In this document: in pieces, positions 36,185 to 49,400 of the stretch | How the letters are laid out: the number at the start of each line of letters is the position of its first letter | Numbering within the stretch: the first letter of the stretch is position 1 | Assembly: GCA_028534125.1 (NCBI GenBank) | Contig: CM052818.1 | Span: 14,510,001 to 14,574,000 of the forward strand | Length of the DNA stretch: 64,000 nt | Source: Lama glama | Lineage: Eukaryota | Reading direction: 5' to 3' | The notes under the pieces: model-generated | Told to the model about the DNA's origin: nothing | The model's input: the letters and a program-made list of their open reading frames with translations, nothing else | Database searches by the model: none | Translations under genes and position numbers: made by a program

Positions 36185-39100
36185 ATTACCAGGGAAACTC
36201 AGGAATTCCTTTAGCAGTGGGTATTAATCTAAAAACAAGCAAACAGATAAACAAAAACCTACCTTAAAACAAGGAATAAAACACAGGGTGTGCCCTGGTC
36301 TCTCTCCTGCTCAAACGGCACACAAATGTCTGCTCCAGGATCAGGATGCTTCCTCAACTCTGCCCCAGGAGATAAGTTGGGTATTTAAGGACAGCTGGCA
36401 GCAGAGAGTTGTCAACCTCACCGTGAGAAGGACCAGGCCCCTCTTATAGAAGTCACTCGACTGACACCTCTGACCACTCGCCTCTTAAAATAGTGAGAGG
36501 TGTGCTCATCCAGTCAGAGGTCCAGATAAGGCACATTCCAGCTCCCTACTTTCCCGAACCTGGGATGCTAGGACCACACTCTGGACACTGTCTCATCTCA
36601 ATGCCTCCCCAAGTGCCAAGACCCAACGTTTGCAGCTGCCTGCAGGTCAAGCTGAGATCTCTCCCAACTCCAGGCTTCAGTCAGCCTAGGCACATGAACC
36701 ATCAAGCATTTCCCTTGATGGCTTTTGGCCATCCTCCAAGGGAATGATTCCTATCAGGTTGGCAGTTTCTGAATAATCCCTCATTTGGAGAGAGGAAGTA
36801 CACATAGTGTAGCTAAGCTCTACCACCAACCCTCCTCCATCCACCACCCAGCCCAGCTCAGATTTTCCCTTTAAACTGTGCAAGGTGCTACCATGGCTTT
36901 AGTGTTTCAACCTGGGAAGAAGGTCATTTGCCACTTTTCCATGGGGCCCGCCACCCCAAGCAAGACCAGTAACAACCACAAAGCACCTCACAGAAATTGC
37001 TGGCAAGGGCTTTCTTTCTCTGCCAGTGAAAGGGTATTTCTCCCCTCTTCCCACTCTCTCTGTCCCTTAGCACATGAAGAAACCATTTTAGCACCTTCTT
37101 CAGGAAGAGGCCAAACACTAGAATTCAGGCAACAAAGAAGTGCCAGCAAGTCAAGTCCATCCCCTCCACCTATCTGATGTCCCAGGGCTTAAGGAACTGG
37201 CTTGCATAATCAGATACGTATATTGCTTTTTCTCCTTGAAATAGACCCCAGATCCAAAGACAGAATTTTTAAGAGTACAGCTGATAAAAAGATCCTAGAA
37301 AAGCAGAGCTCTACTGTATGCTTTCAACAGTCACAACCAAACCCAGCCCAGTAAAATGTATTACATTTAAAACCAAGATTATATAATGACATGCATTCCA
37401 TTTACGACACTTTATAGGGTAGCTGTTTCGAAGACTCTGAAATCTGGAGACAAAACTAAAATCATATGTTGTCCAAAGCATGGGGAGGTATCTCTCAAGG
37501 GAATTCATGCAACTCTGATGGGAATTCCTCTCAAAACAAAACAGAAAGCACACAGTATCTAATGAGAACTTAATTTCTGGTACTTTTCCAGTGTAAAACA
37601 GTTTTTTCAAAGAAAAGAAGTATCTACAATAAGCAAATTTTGGACTCTCTTGATCTTTGCCATTCTTCTTTAACACCCCCACCCTAAAAGCAGCTCAGGG
37701 AAACCAACAGTACCCATATGCCATAGCTTAAATATGACCAGTAATGGTAAGATTTTATGTTTTGTGATGCTACATATACAAAGGCAACAAAGAAGTTGTT
37801 GGAAGAATGATAAACAGCAAGAGATTATTTAGACTGTCAAAACTTTACGTCTTTAGCTTGAGATTTGAGAATTGACCCTTATTTATAAAATAAACAAATA
37901 TGGACAGTGGGTAAAAAGGTTTAAAGGACAAACACCAAAATGATAACTGCATGTTTCTGGGGTCACTGAATGGCGTGAGTGACTTTAATTTTCTTCTTTG
38001 TATTCATTTGTATTTTCCGGACAGTCCACAGTAAATATTAATTATTTTGGTAATAAACACTATTTTGAAATTCTTGAAATTTTTATGTTATGATGATTTT
38101 ATGCTAACTTACACCTTTATGAAAATATATATGCTTCATAAATTCATAAAACACTACGCATATTGTATATATTAGCAGACACTGTCAAAAATTCAGGGAT
38201 TCTAAAAAGGTGCAAAAAATTAGTAACTTTTAAGACTATTGTTCACACTTTAAAAGCACTCCTATGTTAAAAAATACGATGGAAAAGGTTTAGACATCAG
38301 GGAAAAAATAAGTATTGTTTTAGGCAAGAATGTCGATTTTCCTTCTGCTTTAAATAAGATAAAAGATGAAAAAAGCCCTAAATCATGATAAAAAAAAATA
38401 TGTATTATCCCACCCCAAAGACTCTGTACAGCTGGTGAAGAACATTCCAGAAAGACGTGTAGCCCTTGAACATTCACCAGGACAAAAAATTATCCCTGAA
38501 ACAGCCACCCAAGAGGGTAGGGAAACAAGAAATTTCACCCAGAACCGAAGGCAGTAGCAATTCGTTGGCGGATGCTTGTCAGGCTCCCTTGTGGCCCAGT
38601 TTCTACATCTTTTCCCACACTCCGCGGAAATGGCAAGGCTCTAATACAGTGCACATTTAAATGAGGAGTGGAAAAATCTTTTCAAAACTTCAGTGTTCTT
38701 TCCACCTTCAGTACTATTAATATTGCACAGAAAGCCTTGGTAGAAAAAAAATCTGAACAGCAGAGGTATATTTGCTGATTAATCATTTCACTTATTAGTT
38801 TTTATCCAGCTAAAATGAGGTTTGGTCCAATACGTGTTAAGATATTTTTGATAAAGATCAAGAGTTTTTGTTAAATATTTCCAAAAAATTTGGAAAATAG
38901 GGAGAGATGAAATTAGAATTCTTCCACAATCTCATCTCTCAGAGATAACAACTGTTAGGCTAATGAACTTCCTAAGCATAGACATATTTAATTATACAAA
39001 TTAAACACTGAACATATATACTTTAAAAGAATAAACTCTACTTATATATCACTCTAAATCTCATCCTAGTTCATCTGCTGAGTAAAAACCTGTGATTACA

Positions 39101-40865
39101 TTCTGACACAGATTTTACAGCCTAACTAATGGCTTCAAGTTTTTATGTTAAAGATCAGAACCAGCAAGGAATTCTAGATTCTAGGGCAGAGATGTCAAGT
39201 GGTTCTAAAAATCATTCAGGTGTTTACTCATACAGCTTAGAGTTTACCAAGAATGGAATTATGACACCTATAACAAGGGCCAATTTTAAAGCAATCTTGA
39301 AATTATAACATCTCACTTTCATATCTCAAAGCACACATAACCTGAAACCTCCTCAATCGAACATTTAAAGTTCATGGCAGAAAAAATACAAAATTCATGG
39401 AAGCAAATTAGTTCATTTTTATAAGCTACACTTTACAAAGCACCAATCCAATTGAAGATTTGGACCATAAAACAAAAAGTACTATTTCCTCACAAATATT
39501 TCCCCTCACAGGTTAAGGACAAAGTGACTCATTCCTGGGATTCACCTTTAAAAATCTCTATAAAATTCCCCACTTAAAAAGTCTTAAAAGTCTTAAAATA
39601 GCCCTCTGCTTTCCTTCATGGTGGAGATTACTCAATCACACACATTTCTCTTTCTCATCTACGTGACGGACAGATCACATGCATACATCATATGCATACA
39701 GAAACATCACATATAACACTAAGAATTTCCTTTCATATGAAAAAAGGAAGGATATCATTAAAATTCATTCCTCCCACACTCAGCCTGAATATTCCCAAAC
39801 GCTGAGAAATCATTAATTGTAAGTCGTCTAAATCTGGAAACGTGTTTATTTTAAAATTTTTACTTGGAATTTTATCTACAATTCTGACCAATTCCAATGA
39901 AACCTGATGGTCTAAATGGCTACAAAATCAGCTCTACCAGCAGTGTCGGGGCTTCCACAAGTGAGAAGTACGCCACAGAAATCCACTGCTCTCTCCATGC
40001 AAGTGCGCAGTTTGGAAATAATAAAGAAACCTGCACTCCCCTACTCCCCATTCTTAAAGCTGACCCAGATTAGCACAGAGTCAAGTTCGCATTCCATTTC
40101 GTCTGAATGCTCTCCTCCTTTCTCAGACCCACACCTTTAAGAAGGTGACTTACAGATGCTGGTGTTTCCCACAGCTTGTAGCTAAGTGCGGAGGACAGAT
40201 ACGACAATCCTTTGCAACTGCAAACTATTTCCTCATAATCATCTACAGTCGGCTGGATTTGCCTTTTTCCTTTTCTTTTTTAAAAATTAAAGTATTGACT
40301 GCTTTTTTGATTGTTAACAAAATGATCTGCATGGTAGTCTATTATATTATTTACTGTACTCTTCTCTGTTTGTAAAATATTTCAAAACTCAAAATGAGAA
40401 ACATTAAGTCAGGAATTTCCTTTCATACAAGAAAGGAAATCACCCATCAACCAACAATCCAAAGCAAACCATGAACATTTTAATGTATTTCCCTCCAGTC
40501 TTTTATTTAAAATAACGAAACTGGAGTTACACCGTATTACACAGCTTTGCATATGAATATTTCCACTGAATTGTTACTGTATTTTATTGAATTTATTGAA
40601 TTGTTACTGTATTGTAACTGTATTGTTAGCATTTTCTCTCTTCAGTAATACTCTAAGAAACCATTATTTTAAGCACTATATTGAATGTCATCCTATGCCT
40701 GTGCCATAATTTATTTTGATTATGCCACAATTGCTTTCTCACTATTAATAGTGCTAAGTAAATCCTTGTTTAAAAATCTGTCCTTATTTTTCATTCTTTC
40801 TTTAGGTTATAGAACTACAAGGGGAATTTCGGTCCAAAAGCTATAAATATTTATAACAGAAACCT

Positions 40866-40985
40866 TATATATAAAAGAAACCATATATATAAACATATAC
40901 TATATATAAATATATATAATTTATATATATTTAAAATTTATGTGTGTGTATGTATGTATATGTGTGTGTGTGCGTGTGTGTATAA
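40866..40985. repeat. (TA)n-rich low complexity plus imperfect (TG)n microsatellite
   Basis: Directly visible. Confidence 0.9.
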
Positions 40986-41599
40986 AAACCCACTATTTTC
41001 CACTAAGTTTGTATTAATCCAAATATTCTCCCAACAGGTAATGCAGGAGTCACACCTCACAGCATCCCAGAGAGCATTATTCCCCTATCAATTTAAGTGG
41101 AAAAATAATCTAATTGTTTTAATTGTGTTTCTTATTACTGGTGAGTTTGAACAATTAATTGAATATGGTTACTGGCTTCTCTGACATACTCTTTTATAAA
41201 CTATACTCCTATCCTTTCCCTAAATACTAGAGTTTTAGTGTTTTCTCGTTAAAAAATAAATATTAATCAGGTTTGCCTTTCCTATTATTGAGACATAATA
41301 CACAGGGACAAGTTTCATATAGACAGAACTTAGCATTATTCATCTGAATGATTGTATTGTTTCCTGGAATGTATCTTTTCCACAAAACTGAGATAAACTA
41401 AGCAAAAATTCAGGTGTATTGTGATGGGTACTGGATTATGTCGATTTATCTTTCATAATCCTTGTGATAGACATTGTCAATATCACCACTTTGCAGAAGG
41501 AGATACTGAAGAATGTAGAGAGGTCAGGGTCATTCAGTCAGTGCATGCACTGACCAGGATGAGGAACTCCAGAGCCTAAAGCTTGAGACCCCTGCACCC

Positions 41600-42055
41600 A
41601 ACAGCCTCCCTTCAGTCACACTGGCCTTGACCGCTCTCCTTCAACTCTTCAAATGTCATCTCCACAAAGGGTTCTGCTGGAACCTCAAATGTGACATGTT
41701 TTAAGACAAAACTTATTCTCTTCCCAACTAGATATCCACTCTTCCCCTTGTCTATTTCTCTCATCATGGTGACAACCATGCTTCTCTTTGTCATTATTTG
41801 AATTTGAATCCTTTATTTCACCTCTACATCCACTCAGGTCCACTCCCATCCAGTCACCCTACTAACAGTCAGCAAAAGATTGGATCTCACAATATTTCTC
41901 CCCCTCCTCCCCTCCTCCTCATCCCCTCGGCGTCCACCACTACTTGCTCCCCTAACCTCTGGACTCCCACCATCACCTCCTTCCTCTCTCCTTGCTTCTA
42001 GCCTCTTCCTGTTCCACTGTTTCAAACATTGCCGCAGTGTTGTGTTACTCAAATA
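41600..42055 (+). mobile_element. L2 fragment
   Basis: cctcaaatgtgacatgttttaagacaaaactta, catggtgacaaccat, ctttatttcacctctacatcca. Confidence 0.65.
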
Positions 42056-42084
42056 TCTTACGATCACAGAGATTTAGAGATGTA

Positions 42085-42260
42085 CAGTGTCTTAAAAACT
42101 AGTGCCAGATCCAATCAGTTGGTAGTTCCTGCCTAGAACATCGCACTGAGAGCATTCCTGAGGCTCTATCTCAGCTCTGCGGAAAGAGTGCCATGACTGA
42201 TTTTCTATGCCTGCCAGGGACAGAGGGAGTGGTGCCCATGGGCCAGGTTTTAACCCCCAC
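42085..42260 (+). mobile_element. MER117-like hAT-Charlie element
   Basis: gttggtagttcctgcctag, attcctgaggc, ggaaagagtgccatgactgatt. Confidence 0.7.
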
Positions 42261-42839
42261 TATGACTTCATCTAAGTTTTTCATTTTATAAATTTAGATC
42301 TGAGACCAGAAGGATTAATGGCCTGCCGAAGTTATACACCTGGTCAGTAAAAGGTCTTCTATCCTCTGTGTACATATATAGAGTATGAATAATATGGTAG
42401 GATTATGTAGTCCCTGGATTCAGAACTAATTCTTATCCAACTTTAAGCCAGCCCACACCACCATCACTCTAACCCGATGTCCAGCCCTGGCAACAGAAGA
42501 TATCCAGTAATTATTTACTGCATTAAAAACGATATTGCAAAGTAATCTTAGAGTAGCAGCAAAAGACCATTCGTATAAATGCTTCTTAGTAAAAAGAACT
42601 ATACTTAACACTACTTTCAAGAACAGGAGACTAAACTGATGGAGGGTTTCCACTAAATGGTCTTGTACAGTCTGCGTTAATCAATATAAAAATGCCACTG
42701 GTAACACAGTCTTTTAAAAAATGAAAGAACAATAGCTCTTTTACATAAAAATGTTAATACAGCTTTGAGAAAGCACTCCAAAATGGGTCAGTGGTTCGTA
42801 TAGCTTGGGTAGTCAAAAGAGAAAAGAACGGAACTGTTA

Positions 42840-43055
42840 TCAGCTAAACACCTACTACGAGCCTAGCACTGTATACTGTGGTCTCACAATCGTATGAGAA
42901 AGTATTATTACTTCATCTTTACTGATGAGGAAACTGTGGTTCCAAGAGTAATGAACTAACCCAAGGACCTAGACGTGACCACATGGCTAGGATCCAACAG
43001 CATTAGGATTTGAGCCCAGATCAGTTTAACCCTAAAACCCAAGCTCTTTCCAAAC
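42840..43055 (-). mobile_element. MIR SINE
   Basis: cacctactac...catctttactgatgaggaaactg...ggatttgagcccag. Confidence 0.8.
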
Positions 43056-43179
43056 TAAGGAAATGTTTTCTACAATAACAAAGTCATCCTCACAATCTTT
43101 AAAGGACAAAAACTGATAATGACTCTACTGAAATTATGAGTGATTGTTCACCAAAAGAAACCACAAAGAGTTTTAAAAA

Positions 43180-44100
43180 ACAAACACAAACTGGGAGGTA
43201 GTTGTTGCAACACATAATCCACAACAGATTATTAGGCAATCTACATTAAAAACTCCTACAAATCAGTAAGAAAAAGAAATCTAAAAGATAAATAGGCAAA
43301 AGACTAAACAAGGACTTCACAAAAGGGACCCAAAAGGCCAATAAAATAAATAGATACTTAATTTCAACAATTAGGCAAATTGCAAATAAAAAGCACAATG
43401 AGATAACAGTTCATAAATATGACTGGACAAAATTTTGAAGTCTGGCAAGGTTGTGGAACAACATCTACATACTTCCAGTAGGAATACAATCAGTGCAATC
43501 ACTGAGGCATTATTCAGTAAGGTTGATGATGCACATACCCTATGACCTAGTGATTTCACTTCTGAGAGAAAAACAGCTGTTTCTGTGCATGTGCATGCAC
43601 CCCCACTAATGTAATAAGAGACACACAGAAGACCCTTTTATAGTACCAAAAAAAAAAAAAAAAAAGCTAGAACCAACCCAAATCTCCATCTACAGCAGAA
43701 GGAATAAAGAAGCCATAGTGGAATACTATAAAGCAGTGAAAATGAATGGACTACAGCAACAAAATGAGTCTCAGGAATACATTAATCAAAATACACAAGT
43801 CACAGAAAAATACATAAAGTATAATTTCATTTATATAAAGTTCAGAAACATACAAAATTAAGTTAAGAATTTTTAAAAGGATAACCCATAAAGAAGATCA
43901 AGGGAACAGTAAAGACAAAATCAGGATCGTGGTTGCTTCAGATTGACAGAGAGGCACATAGGGGACTCTGAATGTATGATGAGAGTCTTCTCTTTGAACT
44001 AGGTGGTGGCTGCCTGGGTATCCACTGGTTTGTGATTCTGCAACAGATCTTTTATGAGCATTATTCTGTATATACACATCACTTAACTAAAAACAACTTT
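43180..44100 (+). mobile_element. L1ME-like fragment
   Basis: aactcctacaaatcagtaagaaaa, cataccctatgacc, gtggaatactataaagcagtgaaaatgaatg, ttcatttatataaagttca. Confidence 0.8.
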
Positions 44101-44547
44101 AAGAACAAAATGGACCAGAAGGGCAGGATATTGAATATACCAGGAAAAATAGCTGATGTAGCTGATGACAGAGAACAAGATGCCAGAGGGGAGCAGAGGG
44201 AGTAGAGGGGACCCGGTATTCAGGGGTTTAACTCCCTGGACTCCAGTTCTACTGTCTCAAAGCTAATGCCTTCTTTGGTGGTGGGAGGGGGATTGTTTTT
44301 CAGCTTTAGAGGTATTCTAGGAAAAAATCGTAACAAATTGACTGATCTAAATGAATGATAAATCAAACTCTTCCACCCAAAAATTACAAGAACTTTATAA
44401 AATATTTCTATATTCAACAACTTACAGAGAGTGCATCAGTTTCTTGCTGATGCAAGGAGGGAGGGAATGTGATGACACTTTAGCAAGACAAAAGATACTA
44501 CTAGGAGGAACCTTTAGATATGGAGGTCCCTGAGCTGAAGGAGCAGA

Positions 44548-44720
44548 GCAGTTTCTTGATTTAATGTGCATACAAACCACTTAGGGGTCTTGTTAAAATG
44601 CAAATTTTGATTGGACAGGTCTGGGTTGCCATCTCTAAGGATTTGCATTTATAATAAGCTCCCAAGTAAGTGATCCTGTCTCGATGTTGCTGGTCCATGA
44701 ATCTCACCTCACTATGACAG
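44548..44720. mobile_element. MER5-like element
   Basis: gggtcttgttaaaatgcaaatt, atttgcattt...aagctccca, tgctggtcca. Confidence 0.7.
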
Positions 44721-46769
44721 CAAGAGACATTATGAAAATGCCTTCTACAGGGATGTTTAAAAATAGAAGTATAAGGGTATCTAATTGGGATAGTTTCATT
44801 TTCCCACCAAAGTAGAGCTTGATAATGTTATTCTTGCACTACAAAAACTTGGATAACTTGGATAACAGGACAACTGTTACCAGAAAAATCAAGAGTATTA
44901 AATTCAGTCTCTTGCAGAGAGAAGGTGCTTTGAGAAACAGCAAAGACTGAAAACTTACAAGAGAACTCCATGAGATGTTTTATTCACCTCCAAAGACCTA
45001 CAGAAGTAGCTTTCCCAGCAGGGGTATTGGCCCTTTCCTTATGGAAGAACGGTTTACATTCATTCCCAATAGTCTCAAAGGAAGAAACCAGGACTACCAT
45101 AAGGATGTCCACAGAACATTAAGGCCCAATTACAATGCAGATGTTGGTCTGGGCCAACATAATTAAAGGAGCATCGCATCATTGCATGTAAAAAATATAT
45201 ATGTTGGTCTTTAACATTCTAAGAATATGCTCTTAAAATGAAAAGCTTATTATTTTAACAAAAACCACATCAAATAATTTCCACTCATCCTGTTTGTTTA
45301 GTAGCAGTAAAATCCTTCCATCTCAAAATAGTACTTCTACATGTGAAGTCATACTTTCATACAGCAAGACAAAATAACTACTCAAATACTCTTCCAAGGA
45401 AACTCTGCCAATGCCAAGTCTCTGCTAAGGACGTGTCACAAGGAGAGTGAGGTCTTCTCACTTGCTCCTACAACATCACAGACTATTATTACTACTCTAG
45501 TCCAAGAGATGCCCTTTGCAGAAATCCTGCACAGCAGGGGACGACCCAGTGCCGGCAGTTTCTTCACTGCCCCAATACCTCTCATTCTTTCAGACGAAAG
45601 TTTTGGTCAGTCCAGAGCTGACAGAGTTACAAAGAACTTAACCTAGCAGAATTCGGCACCTGGTGTGTAAGTCAGAACAGCTAAACCTCCCATGACATCA
45701 ACACAGGATATTTTCTTACAACATAGTAAATCCAAAATGTCTGGATAATCCATGGGAACAATACTCCCAAACATCTTAATACAACATAATTTTATACAAC
45801 CAGCACAACGATGAAGCCCAAATTTTAAAAATTCTACATACAATATAGTGGCCCTCTAGTATTGAAACTCAAAATAATGCACAAAAACCACACAATGTGC
45901 AGGCAGTTCTACTCTGCAGAGCCACATAAAATCAAATGCCATTAATCTGGATTCACTAGAGATTTAAAAAATAAAAGTGGACACGCCCTTGCTTTGAAAC
46001 AGTGATCTTGCCTTCCTATTAACATACTGAAATTCCCTTTTTTATCTATACATTCTAGAAGAGCCTGGGGTGACAGCTGAAATGTACCCTATTTGCCATC
46101 CCATACTGAATAAATGAATTGTAAAAGTGGCATTTAGAAGGGAAATTCCCTGTGATTAGCCCAGACTAAACAGATGAGGATACTGGAACCATCTCCCTCT
46201 GACCAGATATCAGCCACAGAGTCCTTGGTGGCCTGCCCTTCTCAACCCCCTCCCCAGCCACATCTGCAAAAAATGTGTAATCAACAAATACATATAAACA
46301 AACATAAATGCAGTCAGTTAACATCATAATCCCAGTTAAAGATTTAACTTGGCTTTCAAAATCAATCTGAATACCAACTCACCACCAATCCTGACACTCA
46401 TTCACCGAATAATCCTTAATAAAGAATCCAAATATGTAACTGTATTTGATTTACAGAAAAATCAAACGATGAAAACAAAGCAAATACAGATTCAAGAAAT
46501 CATTTGCCACCCATCAAAAATATACATAAATTCCTTCTAAAACAACCTACAGAATGTTCATATTTTTAAAAACGTCTCAGGGACATATGTACTAGAATAC
46601 ATCAATCGTTTCATTTCAAAAAATGGTTTCCTATAGGAAAAATTAATACTTTTAGTATTGATCAAAGACAGAAGTACTGTAATGACATAGCTGTGCTGCT
46701 TCAATTAATAAACATCAACTTTTCACATATTAAGAAATTCATGGATAGTTGGGTTGAGGTTTACAGATT

Positions 46770-49400
46770 ACGGGTGATCCACAGAAAGACGCTGCGACTC
46801 CCAATACAGACTGCACCATTGCCTCCGCACACCACGGGGCCCCGTCCTCCCCGCAGCCCCTCCCTACCGCTCAGGTCCCTGTGTCGGAGATCAGATTCTG
46901 GTCCGCAGCCGCAGGCCGACTCCCTCTGCCCGCATTAGCACTGCAGGGCACCCCTTCATCCCAGCACAGACCAACAGGCGGGGCGGAGGGGGACACCCAA
47001 AGAGAAAACTCCCCCCTCACAGCTAGGTGACCTGACCCTCCTGACGCCACATCCAGCTGAAGCAACATGACAAGGTAGAAGCAGCTCCGGGTCTCGGCCA
47101 AGGGCAGCCCGGGCCTGGGTGGGGCCGGGCTGGGGCCGCAGGCGCCGAGCGTCCGTGCCAAGCCCCGCCAGCGAGAACCAGGGGAGGCTGCGATACTGCT
47201 GCATTGTGCTGCATCACGGCAAGGGCACCGTGAGCCATCCATCTTGCCAAAAAAAATCACATCCTCGTCCAGATAAACCCCATCGAATCCATTTTTCTCC
47301 TCCGTCGAAACACCCCCACACTCTCCCTCTCCTCATTTACTATCTGGTTTGACTTTTGATTGGAAAAATAACAGACATGGTTTGTGTACTGATCCCCACA
47401 ACACCCACAACACTCCCCCCTCCATCTGATGGCAGGCACTTGGCATCTTTCCTATCACAAAAACAAAGGGAAGGCTCCCCACCAAAAAGAGGGCCGCGGA
47501 CGTGGTGTGAGGGCTGATGACGAGAGGGGCTTCCATCCCACCACCCCAAAGGCAGGCCCAGAGGGTCCCCGCGCTGGCACAAACCTGTTGAAGAGAGGGT
47601 GGCAGGAGCTGAAGGGCGGGCGCAGCGGCTGCTCCGCGCCCCGAGGCGGCTCCCGCCCAGCCCTGGGAGAGCGGGGACGCCGGGGAGGGCGGAGGGCTGG
47701 CGTGAGGATGGGCGGGGGTGGGGGGCGCCGGGCCGCCGCCTCCGGTTCAGCTGCAGCGCGGCGCAGCCGGGACCACGCCTGGCCGCATCCCCGGTACCGT
47801 TACGCGCAGAGCCTGGCCCTGTCAACGCCTCCCATGCTCGCCACCAGCCAGGGCTGGAGGGAAGGCACCCGAAAATATACCCTCCCTGTTGCCCACTCCG
47901 CAACCACCTCCGCGCCAGGAGGAAGGAGGCGGCGGACGCAGGGAAGAGGAATCCACGCCGCTGCGCCCGGGGATGAGGCTGGGCGGCCGCGGTGCGCACG
48001 GCGGCTCTGCGGCCGCCTCACTGCGGAGCCTGCTGCCCACCGCCCCGCAGCGCCCGCGTACTAATAAGCACTGGAGACCTGGCTCCCCGCGCCACCCCCG
48101 CCCGGGCTCTGCAGCCTCCCCGCCCCCACGCCGCTCCCCGGGCGCAGGGCAGCGGAGGGGCAGCCGCGTCCTCCCGGCCTGGGCCCGCGCCCCTCCTCCC
48201 GCCGCCCCAAAGCCAGCCCAGGAGGCAGCCCCAGTGAGTTGGCATCTTCCTGCCTCCGGGCCCCCTACCTACCTCCCGCGGATAGGGGGTTGGGGGCGCC
48301 GGGGTCCCGTCCTCCTCCCGCTCCTCAGCGGCCGGGCGGGTGGGCCGGGAGGCGACTCCGCGGGGCTGTCCGCGGCTGGGGCCGGGGCTCACAGGACGGG
48401 ACCGGTGGGCGCTGCTGCGCGGGGCTGCGCTGTCGCTCTGGGCGGAGAGGCGGCCGAGGGAGGGACTGGAGGAATCCGCAGCCTGCACGGCAACAGCTGC
48501 ACTGATTCCGGGGGCTGGGCGGGAGCGCGGGGAGGAGGGGAGGGAGTTGCAGGGAGGGGGCGAGGGGCGGGGAGAGGGAGCGCGCGGGCGCAGGCGGGCG
48601 CCGGGAGCGCGCGCGCGCGCACGCTCTCTCCCGCACACCCTCCACCCTCCTCTCTCTTGCGCTCCTCCCTCCTCGGTTCCTCCCTTTCGCCGGCCCTCCG
48701 CTCTTGCCCGGAGCCCCGCAGCCGCCCACCCGGCGCCTGCTCCGCGCTCTACCCGAACCTCGGGCGCGTCCTCGCTCTCCCCGCCGAGGCTCTGCCCTGG
48801 CCCAGCGCCGACCTTGTCCCCTGCCGCGAGGACTGGCCGGGGCTGGCCTGGGCAGGGTGGGCACCGCCGTGCTATCCGAGCCACGGGACAATGGGGGCTT
48901 TGTCCCCACAGCGGGCGAGGGCCAATTTCACGTTTAATTTGAGGCTAATTCGATTATCGCCAGGGAAAGGGGCAGCCTAATTTTCTACGTGACTTGTGCA
49001 GCCTCTTTTTGCCTGTGATGTTTGCGTTTGGAACGTGATGGAGAGAGCGTGTTGGGGGAGGCTTTAGAACGTCGTTTGATTGGTTTAGTTTTGGATCTAA
49101 GTAGTGATGCCTTTTAAGTTCCGCCCAGCCTGATGAGCGATAGTGACCTCTCTGTGGGAAACCGTGGGCCACGGAGGGAGGGCGAAGTCAAGAGGTTTCT
49201 CCTTTTGGAGTGCTTTTTCTCTCTTTCCCTCGGGGTAGCTAAGAACAGACCTGACAAGGGTTCGTTCAATTCCTGCCTCTCTTGTCCTAAGGCCGGCTCA
49301 CTTTAACCTGATTTGGGTGCCCTTCCCGAGCCCTTCCGTGGGAGAGGGGCGTCCCGGCTGCAGTAGAGGCAATGGCTTCAGGGCTTGAATTCTCCCGCTA
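46770..49400. promoter_or_regulatory. CpG island / SPTBN1 promoter
   Basis: Very GC- and CpG-dense core (~47600-48900) in a CpG-depleted background; GC boxes (e.g. GGGGCGGGG 48563-48571); no obvious TATA box. Confidence 0.95.
48273..48467 (-). other. SPTBN1: Probable non-coding exon 1 of SPTBN1 (5' end approximate)
   Basis: Inside the CpG island; strong donor GAG|GTAGGT after 48273; Inr-like CCAGTCC around 48467; no ATG on the minus strand; resembles my recollection of the human SPTBN1 5' UTR. Confidence 0.75.

Larger units (their letters stand above)
7793..48272 (-). other. SPTBN1: SPTBN1 intron 1 (~40.5 kb including a placeholder gap)
   Basis: GT at 48272-48271 and AG at 7794-7793 on the minus strand; repeat-rich, no credible coding sequence. 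Confidence 0.75.

Noticed and set aside
48231..48240. + strand donor CCA|GTGAGT suggesting an antisense exon
   Set aside because: Single motif with no supporting exon structure.
46871..48980. Overlapping long ORFs up to 420 aa in the CpG island
   Set aside because: Stop-codon scarcity in GC-rich DNA; low-complexity R/G/P/A translations on both strands with no recognisable domain.
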